Shown piece by piece: positions 1-7,662 of a DNA stretch of 64,000 nt. The position numbers and the translations under genes were made by a program. The stretch is from Hyalangium minutum (GTDB lineage: Bacteria; Myxococcota; Myxococcia; Myxococcales; Myxococcaceae). Location: the NCBI RefSeq assembly GCF_000737315.1, contig NZ_JMCB01000002.1, forward strand, positions 248,001 through 312,000, in the 5' to 3' direction. How positions within the stretch are numbered: position 1 is the first letter of the stretch; each line of letters begins with the position of its first letter. The notes under the pieces are model-generated. The model made no database searches. It saw only the letters and a list, made by a program, of their open reading frames with translations, and had not been told where the DNA came from.

Positions 1-1109
1 GCTGGCGCGAGGCAGGAGGCCACTCCCCAACTCATGGAAAAGACGCCCTGGTAGCTGCCGCGCAGCTGAGGCGAGGCGAGATCCGCCACCACCGAGGAGG
101 AGACGGTCGCGCCGAGGATCTCCCCCACCGTCCACACGGCCACGGCGAGCATGGCCAGCGGAACGGTGGCGGACAGCGCGTGCAGCCCGAAGCCCAGCCC
201 GGTGAACACCGCACCCGCCGCGAGCACGGAGGAGCGGCGCCACCGGGTGACGAGGCGCGCCATAATGGGCTGCAGCAGGACGATCAGCACCCCGTTGACG
301 GCCATGATCGTCCCGTACTCCGTCGTCCGCAGTCCGCGGGCGATCAGGTCCAAGGCGAGCGCCGTGTGGCCCTGGAAGAAGATCAGCGCCACCATGAAGT
401 TGGGCACCCAGAAGGCCAGGAAGGTCTTGTCCTTGAAGGGGACGGCCGAAGGCAGCAGCGAGCGCGAGGGGGTGAACTGGGGACTGGTCTCCGGGACCTT
501 GAACCAGACGACGCAGCCGTAGATGAAGGTGGTGAGCGCATCCCCCACGAAGAGCAGCAGGAAGCCGCCCTGGGCCACGAAGCCTCCTAGCGGCAGGGCG
601 ATGGCGAAGCCCACGTTCACCACCCAGTACAGCAGGCCATAGGCGCGAACCCGATCATTGGGGGCCACCACGTCCGCGACGGCTGCGGATACAGCGGGCC
701 GGTAGAGATCTCCCAGGAGTCCGGCGGTGAAGGCGGCGATGCGCAGCCACAGGAGCTGCTCGGAGAAGCCCAGGAAGAGCATTCCTCCCGAGGCCAGCCA
801 GAGCCCCAGCACCAGCGCGATGCGGCGCCCGAACCGGTCCGCGAGCATCCCGCCCACCAAGGAGGACAGCATCGAGCCCGCGCCGAACAGCGCCACGACA
901 AAGCCAGCCCGCTCCTCCGTGAGGCCCCGCTCGCGCGTCAGGTAGATCGCCAGAAAGGGCACGACGAAGCCGCCCAGCCGGTTCACCAGGGTGCCCACCC
1001 ACAAGACCCAATAGGTGGAGGGCAACCCGCCGACGGTGACACGCAGCTGCTCCACGAGCTTGTGGCGGAGCGTCACGGTGGAAGGGGAGGACATGCTGGC
1101 GCGCAGCAT
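1..1109 (-). CDS. MFS transporter (C-terminus runs off the window edge)
   Basis: Frame not listed in the ORF track; read by hand: M(LRASM)SSPSTVTLRHKL...YWVLWVGTLVNRLGGFVVPFLAIYL...GGMLADRFGRR (MFS motif A), with many TM helices. Alternative start at 1094. Confidence 0.9.
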   Translation of the reverse strand, partial: MLRASMSSPSTVTLRHKLVEQLRVTVGGLPSTYWVLWVGTLVNRLGGFVVPFLAIYLTRERGLTEERAGFVVALFGAGSMLSSLVGGMLADRFGRRIALVLGLWLASGGMLFLGFSEQLLWLRIAAFTAGLLGDLYRPAVSAAVADVVAPNDRVRAYGLLYWVVNVGFAIALPLGGFVAQGGFLLLFVGDALTTFIYGCVVWFKVPETSPQFTPSRSLLPSAVPFKDKTFLAFWVPNFMVALIFFQGHTALALDLIARGLRTTEYGTIMAVNGVLIVLLQPIMARLVTRWRRSSVLAAGAVFTGLGFGLHALSATVPLAMLAVAVWTVGEILGATVSSSVVADLASPQLRGSYQGVFSMSWGVASCLAP

Positions 1110-1213
1110 GCGCCAGAGCCCGGCGCTCTCCAAGAGGGGGGTGGGTTCACCCGTGGAGGGCGCCCGGTGCTGCCGTCGGGTGCTGGCTCGTCCCCTCGCT
1201 TGCTGAGCTGGCG

Positions 1214-1810
1214 TCAGCCTTTCACCACGGGCAGGGCCGCGAGCGCGGCGGGGCGCTTCTCCGGAGCGCACATGTTGTTGTCAGCCGGGCGCTTGCCGAA
1301 GAAGAGCTGGTTGCCCTCCACCCTCACGAGGTCGTGGTCCGTGCCGCACGCGGACGTGGGCTGGAAGAACAGGCAGCCCGTGGCTGTCGTCCGCTGCTCC
1401 TCGCCCACCTTCCACGTGCCCGTGCCGCACTTCGCGTTCTGGAACGCGTCCGCCAGCGGCTGCATGTGCGGCGTCATGTAGAGCTCTCCGAAGCCGAAGT
1501 TGCCCTCGGTGGCCCCCGGTACCGCCGCCGAGTCCTTCACCAGCGTGTACGGCCCCTGGACGCGCGCGGTGAACAGCTTCGCCTGGCACTGTGCGTCCCC
1601 GAACGCCTCCAGCCGCAGCGCCCAGGTGTTCTCCGTCAGCGTGAAGTGGCGCTGGATGTAGTTGTTGTTCCCAGCGGGTTCGCACGTGGGGCTGTCCCAG
1701 GCGCCAGCCAGTTCCTGCGGCGTCACCGCTGTCTTGGGCCCCTGCGGGGTGGTGGCGCAGGCGGCGGACAGCGCGGCGAGGGCAGCGAGGAGGCGGAGCG
1801 AGGTCTTCAT
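1214..1810 (-). CDS. Lipoprotein with APCDD1-like domain
   Basis: Signal peptide and lipobox (LSAAC), AAGGAAG RBS. Motifs WDSPTCE, RHFTL..NTW, D.QC...LF, GATE..F, CG.GTWKVG, LFFGKRP.D, PEKRP match the APCDD1 repeat as I recall it. Confidence 0.75.
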   Translation of the reverse strand: MKTSLRLLAALAALSAACATTPQGPKTAVTPQELAGAWDSPTCEPAGNNNYIQRHFTLTENTWALRLEAFGDAQCQAKLFTARVQGPYTLVKDSAAVPGATEGNFGFGELYMTPHMQPLADAFQNAKCGTGTWKVGEEQRTTATGCLFFQPTSACGTDHDLVRVEGNQLFFGKRPADNNMCAPEKRPAALAALPVVKG

Positions 1811-1932
1811 GGTGTGCTTCCTTTCACGGTGAATCGGGCGCGGCGTGCGTCCCGAACGCTCCAAGAAATGCCTCAGCCTTCGCCCTGCGGAAACGCTGGA
1901 GTTCGCCGGATACCCCTGCGAATCTGCAGGCC

Positions 1933-2907
1933 ATGCCGCATTGGGATGACCTTCGCTACTTCCTGGCCATCGCCCGGGAGGGTTCACTCGCCTCGGCGGG
2001 ACGGGCGCTCCGGGTGGATGCCACCACCGTAGGACGGAGGCTCAGCGTGCTCGAGGAGGGGCTGGGGGCGCGGCTCTTCGACCGGATGCCCGCGGGCTTC
2101 GTGCTCACGGAGGCCGGGCGCAACATCCGCTCCGCCGTAGAGGAGATGGAGGCCGCCGTGCTCGCCGTGGAGCGCAAGGCCAGTGGGGATGACACCCGCT
2201 TGGAGGGCGTGGTGCGCGTCACCATGACCGAGGCCTTCGCCGTGAGCACGTTGCTGCCCCGCTTCGCCCCTTTTCGCGAGCGCCACCCTGGCATCGAGGT
2301 GCAGTTCCTCACCGACTACGGCGCCCTGGACCTCGTCCGGCGCGAGGCGGACATCGCCGTGCGCCTCACCCGTCCCAAGGAAGACACACTGGTGGCTCGC
2401 AAGGTGGGGGAGATCGCCATCGCCCCCTATGCCGCCGAGCGCTACCTGACTCGCAAGGGGCAGCCAGATCCAGCGTCCGGCTTCGCCGGGCACGAGGTCA
2501 TCGGCTACGCGGATGCGGCCTCGAAGTGGCCCGAGGCGCGGTGGGTGGGGGAGGTGGGGGCCTCGGCTCGGGTGGCGGTGCGCTGCAACTCGCTGCTGTC
2601 GGTGGTGGCGGCTGCCGCGGCGGGTGTGGGGATTGGGCTGATGCCGTGTTTCATGGGCGACAGGGATCCGGAGCTGCGCCGGCTGATGCCCCCCGTTTCT
2701 TCCCTGCGGCGCGATATCTGGCTGGTGGTTCACCGCGACTTGCAGCACAACGCGCGTGTGCGTGCCGTGCTTCACTTCCTTGACGAGCTCATCCAGCGTG
2801 AGCGCCCGCTCATCGCGGGAGAGGGGCTTGTCTCGCCCACGTCCGAGCCCGTGGCGCCCTCCCGGCCCCCTGCGGTGGCACGCAAGCCGAGGGCTCGCTC
2901 CGTATGA
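1933..2907 (+). CDS. LysR-family transcriptional regulator
   Basis: N-terminal WDDLRYFLAIAREGSLASAGRAL..DATTVGRRL HTH, followed by a substrate-binding domain (..READIAVR.., AAAAGVGIGLMP). Confidence 0.95.
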   Translation: MPHWDDLRYFLAIAREGSLASAGRALRVDATTVGRRLSVLEEGLGARLFDRMPAGFVLTEAGRNIRSAVEEMEAAVLAVERKASGDDTRLEGVVRVTMTEAFAVSTLLPRFAPFRERHPGIEVQFLTDYGALDLVRREADIAVRLTRPKEDTLVARKVGEIAIAPYAAERYLTRKGQPDPASGFAGHEVIGYADAASKWPEARWVGEVGASARVAVRCNSLLSVVAAAAAGVGIGLMPCFMGDRDPELRRLMPPVSSLRRDIWLVVHRDLQHNARVRAVLHFLDELIQRERPLIAGEGLVSPTSEPVAPSRPPAVARKPRARSV

Positions 2908-3809
2908 TGGCGGTCATCAGCTTGCTGGGCGTGTGCCTGGTGCTCGGAGTGCTCGCGCGTCGCACAGACCGTTTTCCACCGCAGACGGTCCCGGTGCTCA
3001 ACTCGTTCATCATCGCGGTCGCCTTGCCTGCGCTCGTACTGCGCGTGGTGCACAAGTTGGAGTTCCATGCCGCCCTGCTGGCGGCCGCCGCTTCGCCGTG
3101 GGTCGTCTTCGTGGTGGCGGTCGCGCTGTTCCGCGGCGTGGGGGCTCGTGTGGGGCTGAAGCGGGAGTCCATCGCCGCGCTCGTGCTTACGGGGGGCCTG
3201 AGCAACACCGCCTTCGTGGGCTTGCCCATGGCCGAGGCGCTGCTGGGACGCGAGGGGCTCGCGGTGGCGGTGGTGGTGGATCAGCTCGGGACCTTCCTCG
3301 TGCTGGCCACGCTCGCGACGCTCTTCGCCGCGCGGGCCTCCGCGGGAGAGGGCGAGGCCCTTCGCCCCGCCGCGCTCATGCGCAAGGTGGTGACGTTCCC
3401 ACCGTTCATCGCGCTCGTCCTGGCGTTGGTGCTGCGGCCGCTGCACTTCCCGGAGTGGGTGGACACGGTGCTGGAGCGGCTGGGGTCGACGCTCACGCCG
3501 CTCGCGCTCTTCTCCGTGGGGTTTCAGCTCCAGCTCCGAGGCTTGAGGGCCAGGGCCGGTGGGTTGGCCCTGGGATTGGTCTTCAAGCTGGTGCTGGCGC
3601 CGGCGCTGGTGGTGCTCGCGCTATGGGCCCTGCCGGTGGAGCCCATCGTCCGCAAGGCCACCCTCATGCAGAACGCCATGGCCCCCATGGTCAGCGGTGC
3701 CATCCTGGCCTCCGAGCACAAGCTGGATCCAGAACTCGCCGCGCTCATGGTGGGCTTCGGCATCCCCCTGAGCTTCCTCACCGTGCTGATATGGATGCAG
3801 TGGGTGTGA
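2904..3809 (+). CDS. AEC (auxin efflux carrier) family transporter
   Basis: About 10 TM helices, SNTAFVGLP and AMAPMVSG motifs. ATGA overlap with the LysR stop. Confidence 0.9.
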   Translation: MMAVISLLGVCLVLGVLARRTDRFPPQTVPVLNSFIIAVALPALVLRVVHKLEFHAALLAAAASPWVVFVVAVALFRGVGARVGLKRESIAALVLTGGLSNTAFVGLPMAEALLGREGLAVAVVVDQLGTFLVLATLATLFAARASAGEGEALRPAALMRKVVTFPPFIALVLALVLRPLHFPEWVDTVLERLGSTLTPLALFSVGFQLQLRGLRARAGGLALGLVFKLVLAPALVVLALWALPVEPIVRKATLMQNAMAPMVSGAILASEHKLDPELAALMVGFGIPLSFLTVLIWMQWV

Positions 3810-3858
3810 GGACGCGCAATTCGGAAGTCCTATATTGAAAGTGGGGTCTCCCTTGAGA

Positions 3859-4680
3859 GTGAGCGCCTATTGCCTGTGTGGGCTCTTGGCGGTGGCGTGC
3901 GCCGCGCCGAGCTCGGGGACGGCCTTCCGTGAGCCCACGGACTGTGTGCTCGATGCGCAGCCGGAGGTCATCCCGGTTCCCGAGCCCATCGAAGGTGAGC
4001 TCAACGAGGCGTTCGACTTCCCCGATTCGCCCGGGTGGTGGGCTCCCGCGCCCATAGACCCCGAGCGTGAGCAGTACCGCGCGGCGCTGGTGTCCCGATT
4101 GGGCGGTGGGCAGGGTCTCCAGCCCCGGGCCCTCATGGAACGGCAGCGTGCCGTCCACGTGACGCTCCCAGGCGACCGCGCCCGCGAGGCCGAGAACATC
4201 GACGCTATCCTTCAAGGCAGGGCCGGCACTCTGGGCACGGCCTCCTGTCTGGAGTGGCGTCTCTTCCAGCGTCAGGCGCACCGCTTCCCCATGATCGAGC
4301 GTCCCACGGAGTTCGGTGCCTACGTCCTGCGCGGCCACGGGCGCATTCGCGTCTATCTCTCGGGCGCCGATCGCGTCGGCGGGAAGCTGCGCCATGAAGT
4401 GCGAGACCAGGTCGTCGCCGATGTGGCTCAGGGATTCGCGCCCGTGGCCCACCTCCACAACCACCCGTTCATGTTCGACCGCAAGCCGGGAGACCGGACC
4501 TGGGCCACCGAGGACACCCTCCAGGACATCGCCGGAGCGCTCTCTCCCAGCCTCACCGATGTGCAGGCCTATCGCGGGATGCGCGAGCACTTCGGACTGC
4601 AGGGCGCCTGGGTCACCAACGGGCTCGACACCTCGCGCTTCTCCGCCGCGGACTTCGATCGGCTCTCCGCGTGGCCATGA
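3859..4680 (+). CDS. Putative lipoprotein with JAB/MPN-like HNHP...PSxxD motif
   Basis: GTG start, LLAVAC lipobox; EFGAYV ... AHLHNHP ... SPSLTD. Confidence 0.6.
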   Translation: MSAYCLCGLLAVACAAPSSGTAFREPTDCVLDAQPEVIPVPEPIEGELNEAFDFPDSPGWWAPAPIDPEREQYRAALVSRLGGGQGLQPRALMERQRAVHVTLPGDRAREAENIDAILQGRAGTLGTASCLEWRLFQRQAHRFPMIERPTEFGAYVLRGHGRIRVYLSGADRVGGKLRHEVRDQVVADVAQGFAPVAHLHNHPFMFDRKPGDRTWATEDTLQDIAGALSPSLTDVQAYRGMREHFGLQGAWVTNGLDTSRFSAADFDRLSAWP

Positions 4681-4698
4681 ACGCGCCGCCGCGGACGC

Positions 4699-5220
4699 TC
4701 ACGCCAGCTTGCGCGTGAGCTCCACGAACACCGTCTCCCTCGCACCTCGGAGCCTCGGCGGGAAGCGCTTGTCCTCACGGTAGCCCTGGCGCTCCCAGAA
4801 GCGTCGCCCGCCCTCGTTCTGCTCCGCGCAGGCCAGCCGCATCCGCCACGCCCCCTGCGAACGCGCCCAGTCCTCCGCCGCTCGCAGCACGCGCTCGCCC
4901 AGCCCCTTTCCGCGCACGCCCGGCTCGAAGAGCAACAGCCCCAGGTACCACTCGCCCGGCTCTCGGAAGTCCCGCAGCAGATCCAACGCGCCCACCAGCC
5001 TCGGGCGAGGCGTGAAGAGGCCGAAGAAGAACTTGTCCGCGAGCAACTTGCCCGGCGGTAGCTCCTTCAGTTGGTGGCTGGCTTCATCCGGACCGGCTGG
5101 CTGGCCTTCAATGAGCACGTGGTAGTCCGCGCACGCGTCGCACAGCGCCTGGAGGGCCGCCGCGTCCTTCTCATCGAGCCGGCGCACTGTCAGGCCGGTA
5201 TCCGCGGGGATTTGCAGCAC
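4699..5220 (-). CDS. GNAT family N-acetyltransferase
   Basis: LLLFEPGVRGKGLG (motif A) and N..GRRFWERQGY (motif B). Confidence 0.9.
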   Translation of the reverse strand: MLQIPADTGLTVRRLDEKDAAALQALCDACADYHVLIEGQPAGPDEASHQLKELPPGKLLADKFFFGLFTPRPRLVGALDLLRDFREPGEWYLGLLLFEPGVRGKGLGERVLRAAEDWARSQGAWRMRLACAEQNEGGRRFWERQGYREDKRFPPRLRGARETVFVELTRKLA

Positions 5221-5293
5221 TCCGCGACTCTCGCACAGGCAACTCGCAGAGGAACAACTTCATCGGGGCGCGAGGGCGTGGTGCCTCCGCCTC

Positions 5294-5320
5294 GCTCCTC
5301 CCTTCATGTAGGGGAGGAGC
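5294..5320. terminator. GC-rich hairpin just downstream of the small Zn-ribbon gene
   Basis: gctcctccc...gggaggagc 9-bp perfect stem, extendable with one wobble; no clear U-tract. Confidence 0.35.
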
Positions 5321-5327
5321 CGTGGCT

Positions 5328-5534
5328 CTACGCGTTGGCCGTGGCCGCGTACGTCAGCTCCAGGCCGTTGCCCTTCACCTTCATCCGCGGCCGCGACAGC
5401 CAGTGGCACTTCGGGCAGTAGCTGCTCGCCCCCGCTGGCGTCGCGCGGATCGTCACCTCTCCACCGCACAGCAGGCACCCCTCGGGGAGGGTGAACTCCG
5501 CGAACCGATCACCTTTCAGCTCTGGAATCATCAT
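5328..5534 (-). CDS. Small zinc-ribbon protein (CxxC-x16-CxxC)
   Basis: 68 aa with CLLC and CPKC; GC3-rich codon usage. Confidence 0.7.
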   Translation of the reverse strand: MMIPELKGDRFAEFTLPEGCLLCGGEVTIRATPAGASSYCPKCHWLSRPRMKVKGNGLELTYAATANA

Positions 5535-5692
5535 GTCTTTGACGTAACGCAGAATTCGCGCATCACAAGTCGACCGTTCACCTTCGCGGCATTGACAGCA
5601 GCCAGCCAGGCGAGCCCTCCTGAAGTCTTTACAGAGGCACTCTCAAGTGTTGCTCCTGCACGCCGCAACCCCTTGAAACCACTGCCCCCGGT

Positions 5693-5708
5693 TGGCACGC
5701 GTCTTTCA
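5693..5708 (+). promoter_or_regulatory. Putative sigma54 (-24/-12) promoter
   Basis: TGGCACG-CGTC-TTTCA versus consensus TGGCACG-N4-TTGCW; one mismatch at -12; 30 nt upstream of the ORF at 5738. Confidence 0.5.
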
Positions 5709-5737
5709 AGCAAAAGCATCCCGAGGGGGAGGGGTGG

Positions 5738-5971
5738 ATGGCGGATATCGATCAAGTGGTGCTGTTCCAGGATCGGCAGGGGTGGAGTGTGAAGGTGCTC
5801 CTGCGCAAGGGGGGCTCCCGGCGCTACCGCTACGCCAGCGAGGCGCAAGCGCGCTACTTCGCCGCCGTGTTCGAGCTCGGGCCGCGGCAGTTGCCGCCCA
5901 CCGCGCAGGTCAGCCGCCGCATGCGACGGAGTGCCTCCTCGGGCGCACTCCCCGTGGACCGGATCGGGTAG
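5738..5971 (+). CDS. Small hypothetical protein (77 aa, basic)
   Basis: GGAGG RBS, GC3-rich codons, downstream of a sigma54-like box. Confidence 0.65.
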   Translation: MADIDQVVLFQDRQGWSVKVLLRKGGSRRYRYASEAQARYFAAVFELGPRQLPPTAQVSRRMRRSASSGALPVDRIG

Positions 5972-6058
5972 CCCGGCGGCCCGGCCGCCTGGCGGGAGGT
6001 TTCCACTACCCAAGCGGGCACGTTTCGGAGAGGCTGTGTAGGTTCGCAGGAGATCACC

Positions 6059-6340
6059 ATGAGCGACACCTCCAAGCCCTTCGTCCTTCCCTCCCACCGT
6101 GAGCAGGTCACCCTGGAGCCGGATCCGGCTGGCCGCTGGTCCGACAAGTTCCCCGAGATGATTGGCTACAAGAGCCAGGGTGGCGGCAAGGTGCCCGCGG
6201 ACTTCACCTGGCGCACCAATCCCAAGCAGTGGCAGGAGGAGATGACGCCGGAGACGCTGGCCGAGCGCTACGAGAAGCGCCGCGTGCTGCCCGCCGCTCC
6301 CGCCGCTCCCGCGCTGCCTGAGGGCGCCAAGAAGGAGTAG
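6059..6340 (+). CDS. Small hypothetical protein (93 aa)
   Basis: CAGGAG RBS and strong GC3 bias. Confidence 0.75.
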   Translation: MSDTSKPFVLPSHREQVTLEPDPAGRWSDKFPEMIGYKSQGGGKVPADFTWRTNPKQWQEEMTPETLAERYEKRRVLPAAPAAPALPEGAKKE

Positions 6341-6359
6341 GCGCGTCTTTCGAGCCGCT

Positions 6360-7529
6360 TCAGTGGAACGGAAGGGCCGCGAGCCGCTCCCGGAACATCT
6401 CCAGCGCCTCGCGCAGCTCCACGTCCTCCAGCCCCTCGCCAGGGGCGCGGCGGTGCTTGCGCAGGAAGGCATCGAAGGCCGCCGAGCGGCCATAGAGCTG
6501 GCTCGCCCTCTCCAGGGCCTCCAGCAGCACCCGCTCGGCTCCCGGTGAGCCCAGGTAGAGGTGCATCACGGCCTGCTCCAGCTTCGCGCCGCAGGCCGCC
6601 CACACCGCCCGGTCGTGCACCGTGAGCACCTGGGTGGTGAGCTCCTCGGCCACCCGCTCCAGCACCGCCAAGACCGGCTGCACCGCGCGCAGCAGCACCT
6701 CGCCCTCCACCCGGGGCTCGCGCGCCAGCTGCTGCAGCTGCTCGCGCAGCTCGATCAGGGTCCGCTTGTCGCGGGTGCGCATCGTCAGCGAGGCCGGCAT
6801 CGCCGCGAAGGACGAGAGGCTCTCCTCCACCTGCCGCGCGAGCGCCGGGAGCCCCTCGGGCGCTGTGCGCGCCACCCGCTCGAGCTTGCTCTGCAGCGAG
6901 CGGCGCAGGTCCATCACCGCGCTTCGCAGCCCCACCGCCGCCGCCATCTGCAGCCCGAACCCAGGGACCACCTCTTCGCGGCTCACTGCCTCGAAGGCCG
7001 CCGCCGTCAGGTACACCAGGTCTCCGATTCGCGAGCGGAAGTCGAGGCGGAAGGACTGCAGCTCCGTCATCAGCGCCCAGCGGTCCGTCACCACCTCCGG
7101 GCGGCGAACCCGCTCGCCCAGATCCGCCACCCGCCGCGCCAGCCGCTCCGCGCTCTGCTGGCAGACGGCCTCCACCTCCCGCGCCAGCCGCTCGTCCGCG
7201 CTGGCCGGGGGCGGCCTCCAGCCCGTGTCGCCTCCCGCCGAGCGCTCGGGGGCCGGGAACTGCGTGCGGATGACCGTGATGAGGTGGTTCACGTCTCCCA
7301 GCGTCTCTCCCAGCGCAGGGGCCATGGTCTCCCATAGCGAGAGGTCTGCTCCGTCCGGCTCGGCCGTGGTGGGCTCGTACTTGACGATGCTCAGGTACCC
7401 CAGCCGATCAATGGCCACCGCCGCGGCCCGGTACACCTGCTCCAACTGCTCGGCGTGCTCCCGATCCGTCAGTGCTTCGAGCAGCGCTTCGAGGCGCGGC
7501 GGGAGGGCGTCTTGAGGCGGGCGGGACAT
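6360..7529 (-). CDS. Hypothetical all-alpha-helical protein
   Basis: 389-aa ORF with strong GC3 bias; L/A/E/R-rich; no recognisable motif. Confidence 0.8.
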   Translation of the reverse strand: MSRPPQDALPPRLEALLEALTDREHAEQLEQVYRAAAVAIDRLGYLSIVKYEPTTAEPDGADLSLWETMAPALGETLGDVNHLITVIRTQFPAPERSAGGDTGWRPPPASADERLAREVEAVCQQSAERLARRVADLGERVRRPEVVTDRWALMTELQSFRLDFRSRIGDLVYLTAAAFEAVSREEVVPGFGLQMAAAVGLRSAVMDLRRSLQSKLERVARTAPEGLPALARQVEESLSSFAAMPASLTMRTRDKRTLIELREQLQQLAREPRVEGEVLLRAVQPVLAVLERVAEELTTQVLTVHDRAVWAACGAKLEQAVMHLYLGSPGAERVLLEALERASQLYGRSAAFDAFLRKHRRAPGEGLEDVELREALEMFRERLAALPFH

Positions 7530-7662
7530 GGCCGTGAGCATAGGGATGGGAAAGCTCGGGTATCAGGAACGTCTAACCGGGACGCTACCGCAAGTCCGAG
7601 AAAACCCCTCGATCGAGGCCACGAGCAAGGCTAGACACGGGCGCCTGCCCTCTGGAGCCCCC

